64,000 nt of DNA, taken from NCBI RefSeq assembly GCF_009914755.1, contig NC_060935.1. The stretch is one strand, 5' to 3'. The position numbers were made by a program, and so were the translations under genes. The notes beneath the pieces were generated by a model. That model was not told the origin of the DNA, ran no database searches, and saw only the letters and a program-made list of their open reading frames with translations. Source of the stretch: the human T2T-CHM13v2.0 reference genome, Homo sapiens. Position 1 is the first letter of the stretch. Every line of letters begins with the position of its first letter. Positions 41,342-54,842 of this stretch are shown here, piece by piece.

Positions 41342-44069
41342 GTGGGTTTTTCAAATGCATAATGTCACATCTGTCATTATAGTACGATACAGAAGTTTGA
41401 TCACTGTAAAAAAAAATTCTCTTGTATTTTAACTATTTAATTCTCTCAATTAGTTCCCAAGTTCCTGGCAGCCACAGATCTTTCCACTATCTCTATAGTT
41501 TTGCCTTTTTAAGAAGGTGATAAAATAGGAATCACACATTATATAGTCTTTAGACTGGCTTTTTTCACTTACCAATATGCCTTTAAGTTTTCCTTCATGA
41601 CTTTCATGTTTTGATATCAGTAAATCAAGTTTGCTGAAGTTTTTATCATGCATGAGTGTTGTATTTTGTGAAATGCTTTTTCAATCCATACATATTTTGA
41701 GCAATAATTTTAAGTTTTCTGTTTTTGCACCATAAAGTTTATATTATTTCAAAATTAACTTATATTGGTTTTGATGATATTTCACATTTATTGACCTCTT
41801 ATTATGTGCTAAAATGTTCTATCCAGTTTATATTACATTTAATAGCCTAATATTTTATGGGTATTCCACTGTACAGTTTGTCCCTTCACCTATGGAGGAC
41901 AAATTGGTTGCTTCCAGCTATTGGCAATTATGAATAAAACTGCTATAAATATTCATGTGCAGGTTTTTGTGTGAACATACATATTTTCAAATTAGTTGGG
42001 CAAATACCAAGGAACATGATTGCTGGGGTCTATGATAAGACTATACTTAGCTTTGTAAGAAACTGGAAATCTGTTTTCAAAGTGACTGTACCATTTTGCA
42101 TTCCCACCAGCAATGAATGAGAATTCCTGTTGCTCCATATCCTTGCCACGAACTTGTATTGTTCATTTTTGGGGTTTTATCTACATTAATGGGCATATAG
42201 TGGTATGTCATTGTTGTTTTAACTTGCAATTACCCAATAACAAATTAATACTGAGTATATTTATGTAAGGTTTTGTTTTTGACACTGCTCTGTCTTCTTT
42301 GGTGAGATGTCTGTTCAAATATTTTCCCCATTTTTTACTTGTGTTCTTTGTTTTCTTATGGATGAGTTTTAAACAATTTTTTCTATCTTTTCAATATAAA
42401 ATCTATATCAGATATGTGCTTTGCAAATATTTTCTCCCAGTGTGTAGCTTATATTTTTATTCTTTTAACAGTTTTCCTCACAGAAGTTTTTCATTTCAAT
42501 AAAGTCCACCTTATCAGTTTTTCTCATGGATTGTGCTTTTGGCTTTGTACAAACTTGTCACCAAACACAAGGCCAAATGGGTTTTCCACTATGTTTTCTT
42601 CTAGAAGTTTTATTGTTTAACATCTTATATTTAGGTCTATCGTTAGGTTCATGTTCCATTTTTAGTTAAGTTTTGTGAGATGTGTAAGGTCTGAGTGTAA
42701 GTTCATTTTTTTAATATGGACAAATAATTGTTTCATTAATTGTTTATACTACATTTAATATTTCCAACATATCTGTATTTCCCCTTTTATTGATACAATA
42801 CCAACAAAATATAAAGACTGTCCTTTATCCATTGAATTGTAGTTTCTTCTTTGGCAAGAATCAGTTACCTATTTTGTATGTATCTATTTTGGGGCTCTTC
42901 ATTCTGTTCCACTATCATACTGTCTTTATTATTGTAACTTGACAGTGATTCTTGAAAACAGATAAGCGACACATTCTACTTTGTTTATCTTCAGTATTTT
43001 ATTGGCTATTCTAGGACTTTGCCTTCCTATATAAATTTAGAATCAGTATTTTGATACCTATAAAATGGTTTGCTGGGGTTTTCATAAAAGTTGCACTGAA
43101 ACTACAGATCAAGTTAAGACGAATTGCGATTTTAATGATAGGGATTCTTCCAATCCATGAACACAGAATCTCTCTCCATTTATTTCAATCTTCTTTAATT
43201 TCTTTCATCAGAGTTCTATACTTTTTTGTAAATAATCTGTTCATATTTTGCTCAATTTATACATTAGTATATCATCTTTGGTGCTATTTAATTTTTTTAA
43301 TTTCAAATTTCAATTGTTTGGTGCTGATATATAGGAAATCAGTTGACTTTGATGTGTTGTTAACTTTGTGGCCTGCTACTTTGCTATAGTCACCAGTTTC
43401 TAGATTTTTTCTGTCAATTCTTTGGGATTTTTTTTTTTTTACATAGACATAGACATTTACATAGACATTTACATAGACAGTCATATCATCTACAACTAAA
43501 GAGCTGTATTTCTTCCTTACAATGTGTATACTTTAAATTGTGTACTTCTTATTTTCCTTTTTGTATTATTGACTATCTAGGACTTTTAATATGATGTTAA
43601 ACATAATGGCATGAGAGGGGACATCCTTGTCTTATTGATAATTTTATTGAGAAAGTGTCCATTATCTCATCATAAAGTATGATGCTATTTGTAGGATTTT
43701 GTCAATGTTCTTTACCAAATTGCAGAAGTTTCCATCTGTTTCAAGTTTGCTAAAGTTTTTATTATGCGTTGAGTGTTGGATTTTGTGAAATGCTTTTTAA
43801 ATCCATATATATAGAGAGAGAGCAATAATTTTAAGTCATATTTTTCTACTATAAGCTTATGTCATTTCAAAATCAAATTAGATTGGCTTTGATGATATTT
43901 CACATCTGTTGACCTCTTATGTGCCAAACTGTTCAATGTAGTTTATACTACATTTAATATTTCCAACATATCTGTATTTCCCATTTTATTGATAAAATAT
44001 GAGACCCACAGAAGTTAAATAAATTCTTTTTCCCCTTTTACATTTTCTACATCTATATTCATTTCATGT

Positions 44070-45068
44070 TCTAGTTCATCATACCCCATGGCTTAATATG
44101 GCTAATGACTCCCAAATTTGTATTTGTAACTTCAGTCTGTTCTCTCAGATTCAGTCTCATATGTAACGTCAATAATCATACTCAACATTTCTACTTGACA
44201 GCCCCCAAAGTACCTTGAACTGAACAAGTGCAAAAGGGAACTTCAGACGCCCTTCTTTGTTATTCATCCAGTTTCGCTCTTTTCCCAGTCTTTTTAAAAG
44301 GTGGTACTATTGTTCAGAAATTTGCACAGAATCAAAGGACTTTCCTTAATTTTTATCCTTTGCTTGTGTTCTACACCCAATCCATCTGAAAGTATGTCCA
44401 CCTCTGCCTTCAGAATATGTCCCAAGTGTGATCATTTCTCATTATCTCAATAGCTTTTTTTAGAACAAGCTGTAATCACCTCTTGCCTTGACTACTGTGA
44501 AAGAATATTACCTTTTTTCTCAGATTTCAAATTTGCTTACTAAAGTCTATTCTCTGCACACCAAATAGAGTGACCTACCTCAAGTATGAATCAGAACACA
44601 TCATTTAAAACAACCCATTGGTTTCACATCAACTTAGCAATCAACATTGTGGCATGACCTACTGTCGCCTGCATACTTCTTCAGTTCTTCTACACACATG
44701 ACAGACTATTCTGATTTTGAGTATTTACATGTACTGGCTTCTTTGTGTGGACTGCTCTTCTCCAAAATTTTTGGTATGGCTTGTCCTTGTACTTCGTATA
44801 GGTGTGTGCTAAAATGTCATTCTTCAGGAAGGTTTCCCATGATTATATTATACGCAAACACTGGTACTGACTTTGATTGCATTTTTCAATTTTTCGTAGT
44901 GCTTTCACTACCTGAAGTATCACATATGTTAATACTTTGATGCCATATGTTGTGCATTTCAGGGCTTATAATAATAAACCCTGAGAAGGCAGGAGCATTG
45001 TCTGTCTTGTACAATATGTATCTCTAGTACCCTATAGCAGGTGTTCAGCAAATATTTGTTGAATAAAA
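44070..45068 (+). mobile_element. L2a 3' region
   Basis: 'gctaatgactcccaaatt', ends 'caaatatttgttgaataaa'. Confidence 0.8.
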
Positions 45069-45450
45069 AAATTGCTGCCTATAAATGGTAGAACTTGGAT
45101 ATAAAATCAGATCATCCTGACCCTTCAACAAGTACTAATGTATTTCATCTATGGAAAGAAGTTTGCTGAAATTCTATCAGTTTCAAGTAGTTCTAATTAT
45201 AAACAAAATCACCTATAAACAAGTTAGAACTGCATTATATTCCTCCCCACCTAGCATCCTTGCATCCAATTTCTTAGAAAGCACATTTTCTCCCTATATC
45301 AAGCATCTTTTTCTCTCCCAGTTTTACTTTTGCATTGATAACCTTAAGACTCTCCAAAAGCTGTCTTTTCCTCACTGTTCTTCTACTTATTCTAATTATC
45401 ATTAAGCATGCCTTAATTTTACCAATATTCTAAAAAGAAAGGCTCCCTAG

Positions 45451-45680
45451 TGCCTTAGTCCCTTCTGTGCTACTATGAAAGAATAGCTGAGACTGGGTAA
45501 CTTATAAAGAATAACAATGTATTAGCTGACAGTTCTGGAAACTGGGAAGTACAACATCAAGGGTCCAGTGTCTGGTTAGGGCCTTTTTGCTACATCACCT
45601 CATGACAGAAGGTGAAAGAGCAGGAGAGAGCAAGAGGGGACTGGCCTTGACCTTTTATAATGGCATCAATCACACCTGTG
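45451..45680 (-). mobile_element. Partial MST-type MaLR LTR
   Basis: 'ccttagtcc..gagactgggtaacttataaaga..cagttctggaaactgggaagt'; truncated at ~45680. Confidence 0.8.
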
Positions 45681-46599
45681 AGCTCTCACCCACAGCAGCT
45701 CTCATACGTTGAAGTCTTGTGCTTGCAGCACAAGATTCTGGGGTCTCTGGGGCAGCCTCACTCCATTGGATTCAGATGATGGATTAATATTTAGTCAGGG
45801 AAGTGACAACTGTGTTTAAGGGATGAAAATAGTAGATCAGTTAATCTTGAATAATGTGGATATATACGAAATATTTATTTTATTTAGGCTGCTCACCATT
45901 TATTGTTGTGTTTTGTTAAGAGTATTGATGTTTTCTTGGTATTAAATTGTTTAATAGTAGATATTATTTGCAAAATTTGTATAATTGTAAATCAAATTGC
46001 CCTGCACTTTCCTCATCAAACTGTGGGTTCCACTGTTATTCATAACTAGTTAGTGACTCTAACTAAACCAAGTGGACTGTAGCTTGTACCTAAGATAGGC
46101 TTTTAACACTTACAAGAAGTTATTTAAGGAAAGTAGCAATAAGTACATGTTTATTCCAGCAACAAAGCCTTGGCAAATAGTTCTTGTTAGATAGATTGGA
46201 ACCATAACAAGAATCCTGAATGCATATTAGTGTCTAGCTGTTATAATTCAGTAGCTAGAAAGAAATATTGTTTTATTATTTTATGAATCAATCATTATAT
46301 TTAGAAGATTGAAAAGCAGTGAATCATACAGATAAAAGATTAAATAAGCAAACATGGGCAACTGAAGTAACAAAAAGTGGGCCCGATAGACCTGGAAATA
46401 TTACCTAACAGAATTTGATGAACTGATTCAACGTTTCAGAAGTGGGGAGATATCATAGATAACACTGAATTAATGTGTTTATTTTTTTCACATTCAATTT
46501 TTTCTTTCCTCTCTCTACATAGCATTGTTAATCACATATCTTAAACATTCGATCATAAATTATTCAAAGACTAACAATAGAAGAGAGAATAGTATAATG

Positions 46600-47460
46600 A
46601 GTTATTTGAATATCTCAAACCTGACAAAAATAAATGAATCTTGATCTCTACCTCACACTACACTCAAAAACCAAATCCACATGAATAGTATATCTAAAAA
46701 TGTTTCCAGAAGATGACGTAAGAAAACATCTTCTTGACTTATAATGTAAAAATGTCTTAAATGAATATAAAAGCCACTAACAGAATAACAGTTAAATAAA
46801 AGACTTCATTTAAATTCAGAATTTCTGTTCATTAAAAAATGTCATTAAAAGAGTACAAAGGCAAGCAATGAAGCAGACAATAATATTTGCAGAATAAATT
46901 TATAAAGTTATGGAGGTTGTAACTAAAGGTAATTGTACACATAGCCTGTGACTCAATAATTCTAATTTAAAGCTGCAGCTAAAATAAATATATATATACA
47001 TATATATGTTTGACATGCACAAGAATATTTATATAAGCACTATTTGTAATAGTTAAAAATTGGAAACAACCAAAATGTTATTTAATGTATTCAATGTAGA
47101 ATAGACTAATTATATTTTGCTATACTCATACAATGAAGTAGCATACAACAAAGAAAACTGAAAAATTACTGCTCTTTACAAAATCATAGATACATATTTA
47201 AAAAACTAAGAAACAAAACACAAAAGAGTACATACCAAATTACTTCACTTATCTATAGAACAAAAACAAGTGAAAAATACACTGTAGTGAAAGAAGTCAG
47301 AACACTGGTCACATAAGGCGGCAAAATGACTGGGAGGGATGGTGGATGTTTCTGAATGATTTGCAATATGATTTCTTTTGGTCAGTTCGTGGTTATCTGA
47401 GTATGCTCAGTTATTATTTTACACTTTTCTGCCTGATACATGGTTCAATAAAATAAATAT
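46600..47460 (+). mobile_element. L1ME-like 3' fragment
   Basis: 'aatgaatcttgatctctacctcacac', 'ttggaaacaaccaaaatg'. Confidence 0.7.
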
Positions 47461-48039
47461 TTACTTACAGAGAAGATGGCAGTGGTTCCATAGTTGAGTG
47501 TGGGTTTTTAATTTCTGTGAATCCTCACATACAGATAGAGAAAATAGAAAACAAAAGCAGAATCCCTCAAAGTTTAAAACAAAACCAGGTGAGAAGGCAT
47601 CTCATACTATGAATGTCAAAATATAAATGGGAGGTGACAAATAACCAACTTACTGATATAAGACCTGTGTGATGTCAACTCTTTCTAGAAGAAAGTAGAA
47701 GAAAGCGACAGAGTGTCTTTCTGTTCATTTACCAATTTTCATAATAATAGTTGATATATTATGGATATGTTTTTGCTCATCTTTCTGAAACTTTCATCTA
47801 TAAAATGTCTCCATAATTCACAATTTAGCAAAAATGTTTAAAATCTGAGAAAGAAACAATGACATAATTTACTGCAAATGTAATTCTCCTTGCTCTTGTT
47901 ATTCAGGGGTTGATGTCTAGACAACGAATGTCTTAGTTCTATTAGATGCATTCTTAGAAAAAATGCTCATAGTAGGACTGATTGGATGCCTTTGCTTTCA
48001 GATATTAATTAGCATTTGTTGAGGGGAAACCAAAACACA

Positions 48040-48572
48040 GGGAATTTGCATGGGCATTCTCAAGGCCCTTCCTCAAGGCACTTCCAAATTCTACTCACGC
48101 CTTGTTCCAAAGCCAATGCCATACTTTTGAAGTTTTGCCGTGGCAGTACCTGACTCATAGATACCAATGATTTTCTATTTCATTTTGCTATTGTTGCATG
48201 AAAAAAAACTCAAAATTATCTTAGAGAAGTAATTTTTTTCTGTGTCCCTTGATTGAAATTCATACAAGACAGCAAGGTTAGCTTTTCTCTGCTCTAAAAT
48301 ATCTGGGAGCTAAGCTGGAAGACTCAGTGACTGGAAGCAACTCAACGATTGAAAACCTGGGTTATGTGAAGGTGAGGTGGATCATAGAAAGGCATCTGCA
48401 TTGTGATTTTATGACCTAGCCTAGGAATTACTAAGCGTGACTCCTGGTGCATTCCATTAGTTACAAGAGAATCACTAACATCAGCCCAGATTCAGGAGAG
48501 GAGACATTGATCTCCATGTCTCAATTGGGAGGAGTAATAAATAATTTGTACACATTTATAAAACCTCCACAA
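48040..48572 (-). mobile_element. MLT1 (F/G/H-like) LTR plus internal fragment
   Basis: 'ttccaaagccaatgcca', 'cagcccagattcaggagaggaga..ctccatgtctcaattgggagg'. Confidence 0.55.
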
Positions 48573-48813
48573 TAATTTTAATAGGTTTTTTTGGAGTGAA
48601 AATACAAATACCTTCACTCCATCATATTAACTAGAGCTCTTACTGGTTTTCTCTCTTCTCTTAAAATAGTTCATTTTCAATTACAAAAATAATAAATACT
48701 CAGATTTGAGAACATATAGAAAAATACGGAAAAGAAAATCACTGATTCTTATAACCTTGGGTGCATAAAAGTAGGTGTAAATTGTTTTCTTTTAAAAAAA
48801 AAAAATCATAAAA

Positions 48814-49183
48814 CAGTTGTCTTTCAGTATCCAAGGGGGTGGAGGCAGGTTTTGGTTGCAGAATCCCCTGCAGATACCAAAATCCGTGGATACTTAGATC
48901 CCTTCTATAAAATGGTATTGTATTTGTATATAAACCACACACATTCTCCCGTATAAGTTAAATCATCTTCAGGTTACTTATAATACCTAACACAATGTGA
49001 TATGTAAATAGTTGTTATACTGTACTGTTTAGGGGAAAATGATGGGGGAAAAAATAGTCTGCATATGTTCAGTACGAACAACCATCCATTTATTTTTTCC
49101 CAAATATTTTCAATTCACTGTTGGTTGAATCCATGGATGTGGAATCCATTGTTGTGCAACCCACAAATACAAGGGGCCAACTG
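48814..49183. mobile_element. MER2 (TcMar-Tigger MITE)
   Basis: Termini cagttg.../...caactg followed by TA; 'gataccaaaatccgtggata', 'ggttacttataatacctaa'. Confidence 0.88.
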
Positions 49184-49579
49184 TACTTTATAGCTATAAT
49201 TATCCTTTAGAAATTTCATTTTGCTTTTGCCATTTAATATTACTCTACTAGCTTTGTAAATACCACAACAAAGTTTCCAGGTGCAACATTGAGGTGGTGC
49301 TTAAAGGACCTTCTATTTATTGAATAATCCAGAAATTTAGGTTATTTGCATTTCTGATGCATAAATAATGCTGTTTTCCCAAATGTATTTTACTAACTCA
49401 AAGTTTCGGTTCAATTTTTTTTTCTGTTATGTAAAATTGTGTTTTACGTAGTTACTTTATTGATATGTTGCTGATCACTTTGACTAATTTTAAACTAGAA
49501 AACCTTCCTGTATCAAAGGGTTTAATAAATATTAATTTATATTTTCTTTATTTTTCAATTGTTTTTTTCTGTATTGAAC

Positions 49580-49884
49580 TTTTTTTTTTTTTTTTTTTTT
49601 TGCTGTGGAGTCTCGCTTTGTTGCCCTGGATGGAGTGCAGTGCCACAATCTTGGCTCACTGAAACTTCCACCTCCAGGATTCAAGCAATTCTCCTGCCTC
49701 AGCCTCCTGTGTAGCTGGGATTACAGGCATGCACCACCACGCCTGGCTATTTTTTTGTATTTTTGTGGAGACGGGATTTCACCATGTTGGTCAAACTGGT
49801 CTGGAACTCCTGACCTCAGGTGATCTTCTCAACTTGGCCTCCCAAAGTACTGGGATTATAGGTGTAAGCCACTGCACCCAGTCA
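49580..49884 (-). mobile_element. AluS
   Basis: Dimeric Alu; flanking tgaactttt repeat. Confidence 0.92.
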
Positions 49885-52487
49885 TGAACTTTTAATCCAA
49901 CCAAAATTTTAGTAAAGTCTGAGGTAAGACACTCAATATTCATTGATTTTTGAATTTACCTAGAAATATACATTATTCTGAATATCCCCAACATAAAATA
50001 CCACATTTAAATATTTGACGTTTTTATTTTTTCTGAGAAAGAAAAATAATAACTATTTCTTCAGTCAGGAGGACTTTGGTTTATTGCCAGAAAGTATTTC
50101 TGTCATTTATCTTATCTTTTATTTTAAAAAGGAAGCCATAAATCATCTTGGCAGTCAATCATTAGTCTGACATCAAAAAGGAATCCGAAGAGGGTTGTCT
50201 ATTGTTGTTTCAGTTAACAGAGTGCTGCTTAATAAGTTTTGATCCCAAAGTAATGAGATTGCATGAACAATTATAAATGTAGGTACTGGGATGCCTAAAA
50301 GGAAACCATTACTTTATTTCCAAGCTACTAGAAATTATTCAAACTCCTATATCTATCAAGGAATATAGTAACCTTAATTATTTTCTTGCAAGGAGGTGAG
50401 AAGGGAGCAGAAGTGTACCTCTTAGGGCTTGGACTGGGTTAAAAAAAAGTATGAAAAATCTAAAAATAAAGTGAGCACCCAAATACCTTGTTCCACGTAC
50501 ATCTGGGCTCTGCAAACGGATTTGTATCATTTCAGGATATCTCTTCCCCTTAAGAATTTTATCAGCTAGGTTAGTTTAAAAGAGATGGCTTTTCATGAAG
50601 ATGAGAAGTATATGTTTAACCCAAAAGTATATGTTTCAATAAACCTTTGTTTTTGTTTTTACATTTTCTTTATATCTAAATCATGGGATATGGTATTTGA
50701 AGAATTGGTTCTATAGGGATGCTAGGGGAAGTCTTGCCAGTTTGTGCTTGGGGAAAGATGGTATGTTTTAGAAACAAATAATTATGCATATATTAAAACT
50801 TTTTTGATGGAATGTTCTTTAGTAAGTCTAACTAAAGCATGAATAACTGCAAGATTATGTTTCAGTGTTGGCCATTGTTATCTGAAAGGATAAGCAATTA
50901 CTTCTTTTTCTAAAGCACCCAGGCTGACATAGCTGAGATATTATTTGAGATATATAATAAAGAGCCACAGTTCTGACCCTATAAGCTCCAGAAAAATGTA
51001 TTTCAAAAGGGTAGTTCTTCCTCTTGAGAGGGAACATTTTATTTTTCTATTAATTAAGGAAAAGTGATTTTGAGATGATTTTTTAAAATCTATGATAGAT
51101 ACTAAAACAAGAAACTAAGGCTAAATGTGCAAATCTATCTGATATTCTAAACCTGTAAAAATAACAGCCCCAGAGTACTGTTAATTTTAAGGCATAGTAT
51201 ACGTTTGTAAGGGGGTCTATAGTTAGAGTCATGTAAGTAAAGTCAAGTCCTGGGTGTGAAATTCATTTCATTCTATGAGATCATTGTTGGAAATCCTGTA
51301 TCAGAAAAAATTACACTAAATTGCATTCATACATATGCCCACAAAATTGATTGCATTCCATCAGACCCACCCCTAATATTTGCAGAGATTGTGACAATAC
51401 AAATAAAGCCCTCAAACCATATGTCAAAATACGTAAAATTTATAAATCAATTCTTCAAATTGCTGAAACGTCTGAAAAACTCATTAAACAAACTATGTTC
51501 TAACCTCCTCCCCTGATAAGCATAACTGTTTAATGATCTGCCACATGTTGGGACAGGGAGAATCAGCCACACCAGCCCCTGGGCCCTGGATCTGCATATC
51601 CCCACCCTTCTTTTCCTACCCTGGCTCTATCCTTCATCACAAGGGACTTCGAATCCACATGTGTAGATATTCTAAAACACATCAGTTTCATCAGTTTTCC
51701 TTAAGGGCCACCGTTTGGCCCCTCTGTAAGCTTGTTGAGTACAGTGGTCATGCAGTCTACCTTCAGGAGGACAATCCAGGAAATGTCTTAAACATGTTCT
51801 AGAAGCTTCCTTGTTACAATTAGTTGTCCTTAAATTGTTTTAAAAATATATTTGAATAATTTCCCCATAGATATACACACCACAATGATTACCGGCAGTT
51901 ATCTTCCTAAGCATTGCATTGAGGATTGCAATTTTTATTTATAAGCCTTTCTTATGTGTTAATTAATAATTGGACCATTTATTTGAGGGTTAAGAGAGCA
52001 AAGAAGTGACAACTTGGAAGTTTTAGTTTTATCGAAACACAATTATATTCAGTTTTATTTATTTTACATAAACCAAATTTATTTTACAACAAAACCAAAT
52101 TGTTTTGTTATGAAACAATTTATTATTAAATGTAAACAACTCACTCTTTTCTTCATGCATTGAAATTACCTGAAGTTTAGAGTGCTTTTCCCCTGTCCAT
52201 AACTAGGATAGCATTTCAGTACTTTAATTTGACAGCTCAGAGAATTGTGTTGGGTCATTACCAGGGAGCTATTTTCTTTGTCATTACTGTGCTCGACTGA
52301 TACATATTAGCTTTCAGGACTGATTAATCCTTTCTGTCTTTCCCTCACTTCAGAGCCAGGGCTAATGTTCTGCCCAAATTCTAAGTCCCAGAACAGAAAG
52401 CATGTTTGACCCAGCTTGAGCAAAATACACAATCCTATTAAATCAGATGGGGTCAGGGTTGCAGGTTTACAAAGAAGTATAGATAAA

Positions 52488-52578
52488 GAGGTGGATGGAC
52501 GAATGGATGGATGGATGGACAGAAGGATGGGAAGGATGGACAGATGGATAGACCCAGGGAAGAATAGATAGATGGAAG
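52488..52578. repeat. Degenerate (GGAT)n repeat
   Basis: Direct observation. Confidence 0.85.
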
Positions 52579-53239
52579 AATGAGTCTGTAAGGGTCTCTT
52601 TCTTGTTGGCGATAGTATTTCTTAGGAAAAAGAGTACTTGTGTCACTAGAGTAGATAGGCGATGATGTTGAAGCAAGTAATTACCTATGATTCTGTTCCC
52701 TAGTATTCTCTTTCAGGACTGATTTTCTACTTTGTACTGACTGTGAACTGTGTGCAATAAATCTTTAAAACTTTTGCATTTTTAGTTAATTCTGTTTAAA
52801 TAAATATTTGCTGATCATTTGTTACATGCTTAGCACTATGTAACTAAAATATTTAACAAAAAACATTAAATTTAAACATTTTAATTTTACTGAAAGAATT
52901 ATCTATAACCAAATATAGATCCTGTAGAAGATATTATACAACCATAAAAATTCTTACAATATTTTATTGAGCAAAAAAAAAACAAGAAAAACATTTCATC
53001 AAAACAAAGTAAAATAATAAAAACGGCCTGGTCATAGGATAATTGTTAAATATAAATTAACTCCATCCTTCAGAGAACTATTTGCCATAGGTGCTATCAT
53101 TATTATTACTGTTCTCCCCTTCTTACAGATGAGGAAGCTGAGACAAAGTGCTTATTAAAAAACTAGTCTCCAAACAGAAAATTAAGGAGAGATTTTAACC
53201 CAGGCAATTTTTCATCATAGCTCATCTCAAGAACAATTT

Positions 53240-54600
53240 ACAAAATTCATTCTAGTATATATAAAATAAAATTTAAAATGCAGCACCAAAAGGTTGAGAC
53301 AATTACTTAGACAAAAAATGAAAAAGAATTCAAAGTATTTCTTACTCTAAAGGCAAAAAGGAATCTCAGATGAATTAAAAAGTTAAATACATGAAAATCA
53401 ATTCATAAATGTATATGTATTTACATATGTATTTATATATTTATATATATAGTTCATCAATTTATATATATTTACTAGTCTATATTTCTCATATATAAAA
53501 ATATATGAAAATAAGACCAAAAATATACATATATGTAAACATGAAAATAAAACCATAAACAGATGTAATGAATGATGAATGTAACAGATGTAATTTTTTA
53601 TATATATATATATATAAAATGATCAAATTAGTGAAGAAGGTAAAGTCTAAGTTTCCAAGCAATGGAAAATATTTTTAAAAAATAACTAGATTAACATATT
53701 TCACTGTTTTAAACAACTAAAATTATTTGCTATTTATTATACAAATTATGCTAAAACGAGTAAAGACAATTAAGAATATATTTGCAGTAACTGGAGAAAA
53801 TCAAAAAGTATTACCACATAAAGAATTTTTAAGGGTTCAATTCATTGGCTCAAAGGATTAATATTTTATAAAAGAAGGAAGAGAGAGAGTGTACAAGCTA
53901 CTAAGAGAAATGCAAAGATTCCAATATGTAAATGAACAACAGGAATACCTTCATAAATAAATTTGAAAATGTAGAAAGTATGTGTTCTCTTTGGTAATAT
54001 CAGCATTATAAATTTGAAATATTAATATCTTATTTTGAACATTTTCATTAGCAAATACTTTTGGGGAGACACTAAAATGGTACTAACAGCAAAACAAAAA
54101 TGCTACTCTCATACATTGATGATAGGAGTAAAAATTTAATATCACATATTATTAGTTGTCTTAATATCTATAGACTATGATATAGAATTTTTCATTTGTG
54201 AGAACAGTCTCTGATTATGAAAAACTGAAAATAATTTAGATTTTCAATCTTTAGTGGAATGTTAGGAATCTACATTCAGAGGAATATTAGACATTTCATT
54301 CTCTCTATATATAATGTACAGAATGTCTTTATGAAATGTAGAGAATGTATTATAATATCAAGTGAAAAATACAGGACATGATATATGTTTAGAAAAAAAA
54401 TTTTTTTATAATATGTCAATCATTATTGATCTATATAGATGTAGATGTAAATATGTGTCGTGTGTGTGTTAGTGTGTGTGTGTGTGTGTGTGTGCAGAGA
54501 GAAAGACTAAAATGAAATTTACCGAAACACCCAATAATTTGGGTGAGTTACCATTTCTTTTTATTTTCCAAAATATCTTTATGAAGCATGAATTACTTTT
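53240..54600 (+). mobile_element. Highly diverged L1ME fragments with TA-rich tracts and (TG)n at ~54460-54494
   Basis: 'gatgaattaaaaagttaaat', 'ctcatacattgatgataggagtaaaaatt'. Confidence 0.5.
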
Positions 54601-54842
54601 AAAGTAGTTTAAAAGTGAATCATGAATTATTTTTTAAAGGAAGAAAAAAGTTCATAACACAACAGCAAAAGCATATGAATAAAGTAATATTAATTATCAA
54701 AAATTCATCTTAATAAAAAATAAGAATTAAAAATATATGCCTTTATTTTCTATAACACTTTGCTACTCATATGAAATATTTCATGGAGACCAATAGAACT
54801 ATGGGTATTGGGAAAAGCCCAGCATAAACATCATTTAGAAAT

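Larger units (their letters stand above)
38735..43805 (-). mobile_element. L1MC (MC3/4-like) 3'UTR and ORF2 end, interrupted by an LTR composite and local duplications
   Basis: L1MC long 3'UTR motifs ('catactaccaacatgacttaccactgttgatgttgacc'); antisense ORF2 ('gtaccattttgcattcccaccagcaatg'). Confidence 0.85.

Noticed and set aside
43441-43479. Short tandem 'acatagacattt' units, considered along with the 23-bp repeat at 37820 as CRISPR-like
   Set aside because: Only 2-3 copies, no unique spacers, eukaryotic context; simple slippage duplications
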